DNA of 64,000 nucleotides from Octopus vulgaris (taxonomy: Eukaryota), in contig OX597825.1 in the NCBI GenBank assembly GCA_951406725.2, positions 5,766,001 to 5,830,000 on the forward strand, written 5' to 3'. The notes beneath the pieces are model-generated. The model worked only from the letters and a program-made list of their open reading frames with translations. It ran no database searches and was not told the origin of the DNA. Shown here in pieces: positions 51,831-64,000 of this stretch (position 1 is its first letter; every line of letters starts with the position of its first letter). The translations under genes and the position numbers were made by a program.

Positions 51831-54424
51831 GATCATCTCTAGGTGTACCTGTTGATGCACTTGTACACTTTTCATGAGGACGCAAGTCTTTTTAAAAAAC
51901 AAAAACATTTCAAGCGATTCTGGAAATCTGCTGTTATGAAGTCCCGTGCACCGCTGACAATAGAAATGACGATGGTAGCCTCCTCCCATAATCGGAGAAA
52001 GCCAGTCCTGCAGTTTATTGCTAAACAACGTGCAACAGACGGTTTGTCGGTTGTGGTCAAAACGTGTGTGTGTGTTGTACATTGGCTCACTTCTTCCATC
52101 AAATCGACGTTGCATGAACGAGATGAACGGTGTACCACGCGTCAGGTGTCGAAGTGATGATTGTGTGAACATTGTTCGAAAATAATTATTCGAGTAGTAA
52201 ATTGTATGAATGAAAATTTTTCAAAAGGACAATTATACGAAATGTTAATCATTCGTTTTTTTTTTGGTTTTTTTCAACAAAAATGATAAAATTAAAAATC
52301 AAGTACGCAATATTTATTTCGAATAACTGTTTTTCAAATAATTGTTTTTGTACAATTTTCATGATACGGAGATGATTGCAGAGTTACGTGAGATGAAGTG
52401 TTTTGCTCAAAAACACAACACACTACTCGTTCCAGGTATAGAAACCAAGATCTGGTGGTCGTGAGTGCAACACCCTCACCATTCGGCCATGATAATAGGC
52501 ACCGAAGAAAGTCAATAATTTAAAGACAAGAACCACATGTTCTTCATTAGCTCAGTACAAATATTCTCCTTTGCCCTGTTTTAGACGCCATGTTCACATC
52601 CGTTGGACAAATGGCCTCCTTCTACGACGACGAATGACTGTTGTTCTCTGTCCCGTAGGGCGATATCATGTATGTACGTTCTCTTCAATTTTAAATATTT
52701 GAATTCTTCCTGTAATGAAGGAATTGGTTTCTACCAAACATACTAAGTTCTCAGGCTGGAATGTAGATAACAAAAACAATATCATAGGTTGAACTTTTAG
52801 AAAAGTCTTGTATATTTTTATTGTTTCACTTATAGATTGCATTTGTAATGTGGAATTTACCTCGGCAATTTACTTATAAAACTAAGTGCACCAATTATTA
52901 TTGGTATAAGTGTGAATTTATAACCTAGTTATAGAAGCTGGAGACTTCGTGGCTCTGGTAGGGTATTTACCCGATTTTCTAAGCTGTTTTCACAGCCATC
53001 CTGCGTTCGAGAATTCCTTTAATTTCTGTAGAATACCGACACACTCGAAGCTTATAAATTTATTTACTATATATGTATATACGTACGAATCTTTGAGTAT
53101 TTGAGTACGATTTTTTTTTTTAATTATCTGAATTATGATAATAAAAACGGGGTTGAGTTTAAACAAAGAAAGCACTGTCGCTGCAATTTGGCAACCAAAA
53201 ACTACGAGATTACGAGTGGAAGTCCGCCAAATTAGTAGTAAGTGATCCTGCCGATAGATGTGTCACGATTTCGCTTCCTGTCACCGACACTTTACTAAGA
53301 CCACAAGCAAAACATGTTTTAGTTGTGTTGGTTCAGTCTGTTTTCAAATAAATACTACGAAGTATTTTTTCATTTTCATTTTGCTGCTTTCGCAGATTCC
53401 CATCCAATTCTGTTATAGTGAAAGTGAAATGGAAGCTTAAGTCATCGTGAATCTTCCATTAGCTGATTACGTAACCATGGACATCATCACCCTTATGGAT
53501 GTATTGCAGTTACACTCATGATAGGGCTTAGTGATCCTAACCGTTCATCTTCTAGGATTCCTCTGTTCAGCATCAATGCAAGAAGACCCGCCGACTCAGC
53601 TGCTCTCTTCAGCTACATCTTCACAATTCACCATGATGCAGTCCCATGACTTCGCCGCATCCTTAGCAGGGTGGCTGAACGGGTGCTATGCCTTGGCAAA
53701 GGGCAGCCCGTAACTATGCACAGCACGGTCGTAACCCCGTGAGGTATTTCCAAACTACCCGCATACCCGCGAGATAGAGTTTTAAATACCTTTAACGGAT
53801 ACGGTAGTGTTGTTTGAAGTGAAACCCGTGTTACTTTCATATGTCATGTGGACATGATATGGAAATAAGCTATCAACATCCATCACTGAAAAATGAGAAG
53901 ATTACGATCTCCTAAGTCCATAAAAATAAAAAAATAATTCCACCCAACTCCGATATTGAGGGTTATAATCCCTTAACGATGCAACACACTATGTTTATCA
54001 CACTTTGTCTGGGAAATATAAATATCGATTTATTGACTGATTTATTTATTCATTCGTTCATCGATTACCACGTAGACACACACACACAAACACAAACACA
54101 AGCATACAAACACACACACGCATACATACAGGCAACTTATATCAGATATATCAAAGTATAGCCGTTCTTGTTCTGCCACTTCTGTCTGTAGATGAAGGCA
54201 TCAATATGCGTAGAATGGTGAGTCAGTTATATAAGAGTGTCTGGCCAGTCAGCTGACAGTTATTCTTGCATCCAGTCATTCTAACATCATCGATCTTATT
54301 GCAGACTCCATCACAAGACTTTTTATCATTGTTATTAAGTCAATAAGAGAACGGCATTCGGCTTAGTTGTGTTGCCACTTTAAATAATTGGATTGTATCG
54401 CATTTAGAAGATATACATACAAAC

Positions 54425-54536
<112 letters not shown>

Positions 54537-54568
54537 GAGGATATGAGGTTTTCGTCAGGATGACTCAA

Positions 54569-54601
<33 letters not shown>

Positions 54602-54769
54602 TATATACAAAGTACATATATTCATGTATATATGCACATGTATATATATACAACTACATACATATATACATTCATATATATATATATATATTAGTACACA
54701 CATATCAATAGACGTATATATGTATATATACATATATACATATATACATATATGTATATATACATATAT

Positions 54770-54852
<83 letters not shown>

Positions 54853-54876
54853 CATAATATATATGTATATGTATAC

Positions 54877-54926
<50 letters not shown>

Positions 54927-55201
54927 ACATATATATATATGTATACATATATATATATGTGTGTATGTTGCCCATATATGTATATATCTATATATAGTTA
55001 TACGTGTGTCTATATATATATAGTTGCGTGTGTGTGTGTGTGTGTGTGTGTGTCTGTGTGTGTGAACGTGCCTATCTCTTGTTCTTCAAATTCCTCACTC
55101 CTGTCCTGCATTGGGTTCAGCTGTCTCAACTCACCTCTCTATTCCTCTCTCTCTCTCTCCTTTTCTCTCGCTCACTCGCTCGTTCCCCCGAATGCCACCG
55201 G

Positions 55202-55236
<35 letters not shown>

Positions 55237-55495
55237 GCATTCTACCTTGATCATTATCATTACCAATACATTATTATCCTCACCATCATCATCATCCCTA
55301 TCGTCATCCTCATATTCACCTTCCTCATCTTCCTCATCCTCTTCATTCTTATCCTCATCAACACCAACATCATCGTCACTATCATCATCACCATCATCAC
55401 CATCATCATTATTACCATCATCATCGTCACCATCAACATCATCATCATCATCGTCACCATCAACATCACCATCATCATCATCATCATCATCATTA
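55202..55495. repeat. (CAT)n-rich trinucleotide array
   Basis: Direct inspection. Confidence 0.9.
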
Positions 55496-55504
55496 TGAAC
55501 ATCG

Positions 55505-56047
55505 ACAGCAACTGACAGCTCAACTGGTACTTAATGAAAGTCGACCTCAGTGGAGTTTGAACAGCAGACAAAATACCGCTAAGCATTTCGCCCAGCGTGC
55601 TAACAACTCTGCCAGCTCGTCTACTATTTACAAAACATTGATTTCAAATTTTGCCACAAGGCCAGAAATTTCAGCGGGTCAATTAGATTGACCCCAGTAT
55701 TTAACTGGTATTTTATTTTATCGACCCCGAAAGGATGAATGGCAAAGTTGACCTCGATAAATTTTAACTCAGATCGTAAAACCGGACGAAAAGCCGCTGA
55801 GCATTTTCCTGGCGTGTTAACGACGATTCTTATTTCTTTATCGCCCACAGGGGCTAAATATAGAGGGGACAAACAAGGACATACAAAGGGATTAAGTCGA
55901 TTACATCGACCCCAGTTCGTAACTGGTACTTAATTTATCGACCCTGAAAGGATGAAAGGCAAAGTCGACCTCGGCGGAATTTGAACTGAGAACATAGCGG
56001 CAGACGAAATACCACTGGCGTGCTAACATTTCTGCCAGCTCGCCGCC
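55505..56047 (-). mobile_element. Stack of three SINE family A units
   Basis: Three occurrences of aaagtcgacctc..gaatttgaac-like blocks. Confidence 0.85.
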
Positions 56048-56670
56048 TTAACATCGTATACTGTGTTAAACGTTATCTTTTTATTGAAAGTAAATATGCT
56101 TCACGTCTGACCAAACTGGGAGATGTAATCACATGACTGATATTGACTTTGTCGATGCTTTCCTTTCTGTTCGCAGAGCGATTACTCATGCATAAGATCT
56201 AGCAGGATTTTGAATCACTGCCGCAGCGAAATAAGGGAGGGGCATACATACCATGTTTCATCACTGAAGCCGCAGGGAAAGCCTCTAGGTGTCTTCAGGT
56301 AAAAAGAGCTGGCCCGTGGTTTGCTATTAATGGGATGCAAGATGCGACTTGATCAACCTTACCTAAGTTAACGAGACATGGGGCCTGATTGTTGAAAAAT
56401 CTCAAAACTCTTACAACTAGAGGAACAACGCTACCGATGAGTCATCGCATCACAAACGTAGACTTCTGGATTACAGAATATGTCAGTTTTATGCATTTGT
56501 TTCACAAACAGGGGGGTCTTTACGCGGTCACTTCATTTTTTTTTTCTCTAAATTGATTGTTTTTCTTATTTCACTCTCGGTTGAAAAAGTCTAAAAGTCA
56601 GAAACCGATACTAAAATGTACTTCATGATAAAAAATTATTTTATCATTTTCTACCTTGTCTTATTTTCTT

Positions 56671-56704
<34 letters not shown>

Positions 56705-56829
56705 TCAGCCGAAATTGCGAGGATAATCCGGTTCTTGACTGAAGATTGAAGGCTTCGAATGTCCCGTCCGTGTTTTTTGTATCGTCTTCTAAATGTTTTG
56801 CGTTCTTGTCCCAGTTTGTATTTTTTTAC

Positions 56830-56971
<142 letters not shown>

Positions 56972-57204
56972 GCATACGTATATTTATGTATGTGTGTATG
57001 TAGGTAGGTATAACAGAAGAACAGAAATGAAGTAGGTTGAAAATTTACTATACCTGTTTCTGTAGAATTTTATTGATGGATTCATAGATTACATCACAGC
57101 ATAAATCAATCATCCTCAGATAAAATTTTAAACTTGTATAAGCAGAAGATCACCTATTCATCAACTAGCATTCCAATATACGAATATATATATATATATA
57201 TGCA

Positions 57205-57241
<37 letters not shown>

Positions 57242-58010
57242 ATACAGGCATGCATATATGTGCATGTATGTATGTTTTGTGTGTGTATACCCCTTGTGTA
57301 TCTTTTTCCGCCACTTCACAACGATGTTGGTTTGTTTGCGTCCTTGTAAAATAGGGGTTCAGCAAAAGTGCCGCGAGAATAAATGCCAAACTTTAAAAGA
57401 AAATAATAAGTACTGGGATTGACATATTCAACTAAAACCTTTCAAGGCGCTGCTCCAACATGGCCGGACTCCAATGACTGAAACGAGGAAAGAAGAAAAT
57501 TAAGATGAAAACAGATAAAATTTTGGAATTTTAATTTTTCAAGCTGTAATCTAAATCTGTATTTGCAATTTAAAATGGCGATTTCGTTCGAGAAAACCAT
57601 AGAAATGATTAAAACAAAAACAAAATAAAGAATGAAAAATGATCGTTCGGCCATTTATTTTTCTGCTTTTAATAATTCCTATTGATGTAGTTCTATTTCA
57701 ATAGAATAGTTTTAATTAAATGTTTAGATTACGGTAATATAAAGCGAATTATAACATTGCAATTATTTTAGCTAAGCCTGTATCTCTATGTTGCTAACCA
57801 ACGTTTAAAGCAAGACATCGGAGACAAACATTGAAAAATGGAGGCTAAAAAGTTCTCCAGCGAATATTTGTTGATTTGTATTAATTCCTGTCTTCAAGTT
57901 TATAAAAAAAATTGTCATATGGCCACTCCCTATTAAAAGGCTGGGGAAGCTCTGGCGTGCAACGATGATCAAATACCTGTTAAATATATGTGTGTGTGTG
58001 TATGTGTGTA

Positions 58011-58041
<31 letters not shown>

Positions 58042-58409
58042 TGTGTGTGGTGTATGTGTGGTGTGTATTCTTTCACTTGTTTCAATGATTTGACTGCAGC
58101 CATGCTGGAGCACCACTTTTAGTCGAGCAAAATTGACCCCAGGAGTTCATCAGCTCTAGAAATCCAGATTTGTGTGTTACCAGAATAAACAAACTTGTAG
58201 CTAGTTGGCAAAAGTGTATTGATTGTAATGTTACTTTGATGAATAAAATTACTACATTGTTGAAATATATTTTGATGAATTTCATGTTTCGAAACGTTGC
58301 TTACTTTTTACTCGGCCTGATACATTAGCGAATCGCTAAATCATCCAATGACGTGGATGACGAAAACATAAATACAAATGGCGAAGCTAGTTCGGAAAGA
58401 GCCGAAGTC

Positions 58410-58474
58410 GAGTTGTCTTAACTGATGAGGCAACGGAAATTGCCGAAACCGATGCGTCAATATTAGGAATTCTC
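58410..58474 (+). ncRNA. Type I hammerhead ribozyme motif with canonical core and GUC site
   Basis: CUGAUGA-GGCAA-CGGAAA-UUGCC-GAAA-CCGAUGCG-UC; stem I is out of register (apparent 4 nt deletion on the 5' side). Confidence 0.8.
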
Positions 58475-58775
58475 AATCGACACTTTTCGGACGATTATGG
58501 TTCCTCTCAGCGTGTATGTTTTCCTTCATGTGCGTTAACTACAGCGTTAGAGCGGTTTAGCTCTTATTTCTAGCAATGTAGGTGTTTCCTAACACCCTAG
58601 TCGCATTTATGTCACATCTGTAATTTTTCTTTATGGTGCGACCCCGAAAGGATGAAAAGCAAAGTCGACCTCGGCGGAATTTGAACTCAGAACGTAACAT
58701 ATAGATAGATAGATAGATATGCACACACACAGAGAAACATACACGCACAGACACACAGACACACACAAACACACA

Positions 58776-58829
<54 letters not shown>

Positions 58830-59250
58830 TGCAAAGATTTCCATGGGCGTGTGTATAATACCTTTTTAACCCGCCTGTCAGACAGGAATGTTTTCTTGCT
58901 ACTCAAATTTGGCTAAGTAAACTTTGTAAATATTTTTATCTGGACATGACGTAACTGGCTCTCTGCTTAATTTTATATCCGGGTGACATTTTTGTGTGCG
59001 CACATCTGCACCAGTACCGCTTTGTGTATGTGTGTGTGTGTGTGTGAGTGAGAGAAAGAGTATGTGTGTGCGTGAGTAAGTGTGTGAGTGAGTGATTGAG
59101 TGAGTGAGTGAGTGAGTGAGTGAGTGAGTGAGTGAGTGAGTGAGTGAGTATGTATGTTAATGTGAACTAATGTGCCTAACTGCTGACCACCGTACAATAA
59201 TGTGTGTGAAAGTATGTATGTGAGTATGCATTGCATATACATACATCTCC

Positions 59251-59290
<40 letters not shown>

Positions 59291-59433
59291 TCACACACAT
59301 ATATAAACATATATATACACACACACACATATATATAATATAAATGATATATATATATATATATACATGCATATATGTATATATGCATATATGTATACAT
59401 ATATATATACATATATATACATGTATATATGTG

Positions 59434-59486
<53 letters not shown>

Positions 59487-59717
59487 CACGCACACATACA
59501 TACATATATGGGTACAGGACGTCACCAAACAGTAAACAACATGAAATACGAAAGTAAATGAGTTCAGTATACAAACAACGAGAGAAACAAATGGAAAACA
59601 GGACAAGTAACATAAAGAACGACCCTTCGTCAGTTGTCCCTTGTCTATCTATTTCTCATTTTGAGCTTTACACACACACACACACTTCATTATACATTAT
59701 GATATATACGATATATA

Positions 59718-59870
59718 AGGCGGTGAGCTGGCAGAATCTTTAGTACATCCGACAGAATACTTGGCGGTATTTCTTCTGGCTATTTTAATTCTGAGATGGA
59801 ATTCCACCGAGATCGGCATAGCATTTCACCCCTTCGTGATCGATAAAATAAGTACCTGTTGAGCACTGGG
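59718..59870 (+). mobile_element. SINE family A, degenerate
   Basis: ggcggtgagctggcagaatc head. Confidence 0.8.
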
Positions 59871-60036
59871 GGGGGGGGGTCAATTGTCTTCGTTTTCAAC
59901 TCTGTCATCTCCCTCTAAATTTGATGAGACCACCTACCAAAATTTAAAGCCATACCATTAGATATACAATACGTTGTATGATACATGATATTTTAATTCA
60001 GTTGACTGAAACAAGTAAAAGTGTATATATATATAT

Positions 60037-60089
<53 letters not shown>

Positions 60090-60818
60090 GAGGAAGAACA
60101 GACAGAGACAAAGAGAGAGAGGAAGTGAGTTTGGGAGGGAGGAAGAGACATCTTTGTGTCATATTCGATGTAAATACATCGTTGAAAGGCAAATTTACTG
60201 GGATATTCGTCCGGAGATATATCTTATAGATATGCTTTTCAATCTATATTGGATGGAGACTATCTATCGTCCTGCTGCTTCAGAAGTTAGTGTCGAGTTC
60301 TGCTGAATTTATTCACGATAGGTGGAAGCTGCAGTATTCAAGCCTTTCTACAGATCAATAACAATATAAGTGCAAAAGATATCACTACAATCCGAGTTCG
60401 AATTCTACTTGCGGACAGATTTTACCGAAAGCTTAAGATTTGAATCATGTGTCTTCATATATAAACATATATGTGTATATGTATGTATGTATATATGTAT
60501 GTATGTATGTATGTATACATTAATGTATGTACGTATGTATGCATGTATGTATGTATGTATGTATGTATGTATGTATGTATGTATGTATGTATGTATGTAT
60601 GTATGTATGTATGCATGTATGTATGTACGTATGTATGCATGTATGTATGTATGTATGTATGTATACATTAATGTATGTACGTATGTATGTACGCATGTAT
60701 GCTTGTATGTACATATATATCTATGTATGCATGCACGCATGCATGTATATACATGTGTGTATGCATGTGTGTGTGGGTGAGTGTATATGTTTATGTGACC
60801 GTACTTATGTAATGTGAA

Positions 60819-61143
60819 GGCGCATGACTCAGTGGTTAGATCGTCGAGCTTACGATCGTGAGGTTGTGAGTTCGAATCATGGACCGGGCTGCGTGATGTG
60901 TTCTTGAGCAAGACACTTTATTTCACGTTGCTCCAGTTCACTCAGGTGTAGAAATGAGTTGCGACATCACAGGTGCATCGGCCCCTTTGCCTTTCCCTTG
61001 GATAACACTGGTGGCATGGAGAGTGGAGGCCGGTATGCATGGGTGACTGCTGGTCTTCCATAAACAACCTTGCCCGGACTTGTGCCTGGGAGGGTAACTT
61101 TCTAGGTGCAATCCCGTGGTCAGTCATGACCGAAGGGGGTCTC
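60819..61143 (+). mobile_element. SINE family C, tail type 1
   Basis: tRNA-like head ggcgcatgactcagtggttaga..gagttcgaatc; highly similar to 62588-62917. Confidence 0.9.
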
Positions 61144-61656
61144 AGCAGACTTATCTAATGCCTGTGAGAACGTATATTCTTTTATTCTTTTATTTATTTC
61201 AGTCATTTGACTGCGGCCGTACTGGAGCACCGCCTTTTAGTCGAACAAATCGACTCCAGGACTTTTTATTATATGCATGTATTTGTATAAGTGTGTATGT
61301 GTTTGAGTTTATTTCTTTGTGCGTGTGTATGTGTGTATGTGTGCATGTGTGTATGTGTCCATGATTGGCTCTGCGTTTATGCATGTATATGAGTGTTTGT
61401 GATTGCATGTGAGTGTATTTGTATGTATGAGGATCTGTGTGTGCGTGCGTTTCCGACTACATCTATGTTTGCGTATGTATTTGCCTATACATGTAGATAG
61501 TTGTGCGTAGGTGCATGAAAGTGTGTGTGTCCTTGCACGTGGTAGCTTTCTATAAGATTCATTTATTTGTTTCTGTTCTAATGGAGTGAAGCGAGTTGTT
61601 ATATAAAATACCTGGAGGTGTTTTACACACCTATATGCACACCTACTTACATAGAA

Positions 61657-61702
<46 letters not shown>

Positions 61703-61712
61703 GAGCACACAT

Positions 61713-61758
<46 letters not shown>

Positions 61759-61893
61759 GGGTGGGACAGTGTGAGACGAGAAGCAGACAAAGAGAGAATA
61801 AAAGAGAGACAAATAGCAACAGAGGTAGAAACAGAGAGAAAGAGAGAAAGGGCAGACAAGCAGACAGATACAGAGGGACAGTAAGAAACATAC

Positions 61894-61924
<31 letters not shown>

Positions 61925-62587
61925 CAGGCGGAGAGAGAGTCAGATTAAGACAGAAAGAGAAAGAGAGACGGAGAGAGAGGGAGAGAGATGTAAATATAAC
62001 GGACAACAGGCGTAGAACAAGTAAAACACTTTTTTTCTTTTTGTAATTATCTTCTAACAATTATTTTACTAAACCTAATCAACGTTCAACTTTAAAAAAT
62101 GCAAATATTGGATTTAACAAAAAAAAAAGACTTTAATTGCTCAAATTATTTTTGTTCTTCGGTTAAGTATTACTAGATGTTGTTGCTGTTGTTGTTGTTG
62201 TGGTCGTTGTAAATAGTAGAAGCGGTGATTGCAATGGTCGTGGCGGCAGCGGCGGCAGCGGCGGTGGCGTTGGCGGTGGTGGCGGTAGCGGTGGTTGTGT
62301 TTGTCATCATCTTTATCAGTCACCATTATTCTCATGTTATTTGTTTATTATTTTCATTTATTTATTTTTCATTTATTTATTTATTTATTTATTTATTTCT
62401 AAAATATAAAATGTTTTGTTTTTGGATTTCGTTTGCAAGATTCTTTATGTGAGTTTGTGTGTTGAAGCATATTCTGTTGTGTCTGAGTGATTGTGTTAAA
62501 CTATAAGGCGCAAAAAGAAAATGACTCTCCCCAGACACAATAGAATGTATTAAATTATACCAATCGAGGATAACTTGGTACAATATA

Positions 62588-62917
62588 CCATGGCTCAGTG
62601 GTTAGAGCGTCGAGCTTACGATCGTGAGGTTGTGAGCTCGAATCCCAGACCGGGCTGCGTGTTGTGTTCTTGAGCAAGGCACTTTATTTCACGTTGCTCC
62701 AGTTCACTCAGCTGTAGAAATGAGTTGCGACGTCACTGGTGCCAAGCTGTATCGACCTTTGTCTTTCCCTTGGATAACACTGGTGGCGTGGAGAGGGGAG
62801 GCTGGTATGCATGGGGGACTGCTGGTCTTCCATAAACAACCTCGCCCGGACTTGTGTCTAGGAGGGTAACTTTCTAGGTGCAATCCCATGGTCTGTGTCG
62901 TGACCGAAGGGGGTCTC
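62588..62917 (+). mobile_element. SINE family C, tail type 1
   Basis: Highly similar to 60819-61143; the tail is also found at ~33450-33655. Confidence 0.9.
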
Positions 62918-64000
62918 CGATGCTACTTGCTGTAGGTGCCTATATAGTCGCGAGCACACACACAGACACTCTCCCTTTCGATAGTTTAACCCTTGACTCT
63001 GTTGAACATCCAGAATGGGGCAGTACTGGACTTATATTTTCTATATCGATAACGAAAAGAGAGAAGACAAATTTGATGAGGACAGGTAAGAACCCGGAGC
63101 AAAAATCGTTTCTAATATAGACAACCACGGTCACGAAATATTTGAAGAAGTGGTGATTATGTGAGTTTAGTCAGGTAGTGAGTTCGATGTAATCGACTCG
63201 TCCTCTCCCCACAAAATTACTGACTTTGAACACTGCAACGAATCAGCGTCCCGTTGAGAGGGAATTGGTGTGACCTCGTTCACTTAAACACCATGGAAAC
63301 CGAATAACCGGTCTCATGAGTCCGAGCATTCCAGAAAAAATAAATTTAATATATTTTTAGTGACAGGATTGGATCTCTTTACTCGTTTCCTTAACGCAAT
63401 GCAGATGAAAATCAAGTGACTCGGCCAAGAGCCAAGATTTTGTCGGATCCCTCGGTCCATAATTATATTCCCATTCGCAATAGAATCGTTGAAAAATGCT
63501 GTAATGTTGATGTTGGCGTTAATGTTGCTCATTCTGCTGCTGCTGCTGCTGCTGCTGCTGTTGTTGTTGTTGTTGTTGTTGTTAAGCAACAAGACGGGTT
63601 ATGGTGATTAGGGGATGGTCTAGGGCTTAGGGGCGAGTGACCCCAGTCCTTGGGAAAAAGATCTTTGGTCGCCTTGTTGTAGTCGAGGGCTCTTCGTTGA
63701 CGCCCGACACCAATATAAGGTGACCCTCGAAGTCGCTAGAAATGGAAATCTTCAGGTTCAAACTCTTGGACGGCTTCTGCTGCTGCTGCAAATGTTATTG
63801 TTGCTGCTGTTGTTTATGGCTCTGGGTCATCTTTCATTAACACACTAAAGATAAAAGATGTTCAACACGTGACTTTTCCGCCCTTTTCACGGATTTTGAG
63901 TAACATTTCTCAACTTGTCCCACCTTTTCAAGATGGCACCCGTATAATTTGAGGAAGGTTTTCAATGTTTTTTCTAGCAAATAGAATGTGGGACGATAAA

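Noticed and set aside
53590-53715. GC-richer segment considered as an HDV-like ribozyme or LINE 5' UTR
   Set aside because: Could not assign the nested double pseudoknot by eye; needs a descriptor search
56428-56466. ccgatga-gtcat..atcac-aaa-cg-ta hammerhead-like string
   Set aside because: Needs several corrections (U4C, missing G12, stem II mismatch) and has no stem I; compatible with chance

Overview
AT-rich, microsatellite-saturated eukaryotic non-coding DNA. The SINE repertoire and repeat style suggest an octopus (coleoid cephalopod) genome, which is an inference. I found no host protein-coding exon; almost all ORFs in the track are translations of simple repeats. Recognisable content: three tRNA-derived SINE families in dozens of copies; decayed DNA transposons (Tc1, four mariner pieces, Tigger/pogo, Tc/mariner and hAT MITEs); R4/Dong-like LINE fragments sitting in (TAA)n arrays; an RNase H-bearing I-group LINE 3' end; an initiator tRNA-Met pseudogene; and Penelope-like element (PLE) debris including GIY-YIG endonuclease fragments. 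The main hidden signal is about 14 type I hammerhead ribozyme (HHR) motifs, folded by eye, in roughly 10 unrelated short modules. Most have a minimal, often palindromic stem III, and several carry recurrent non-canonical cores (U4C, A6U, extra A after A9). Many lie next to (TA)n tracts, and long fold-back inversions of up to 127 bp (perfect) occur in the same PLE-type debris. One HHR module appears fused to a Dong-like LINE endonuclease fragment and inserted with it as one unit. All folds and alignments are manual and need computational confirmation.
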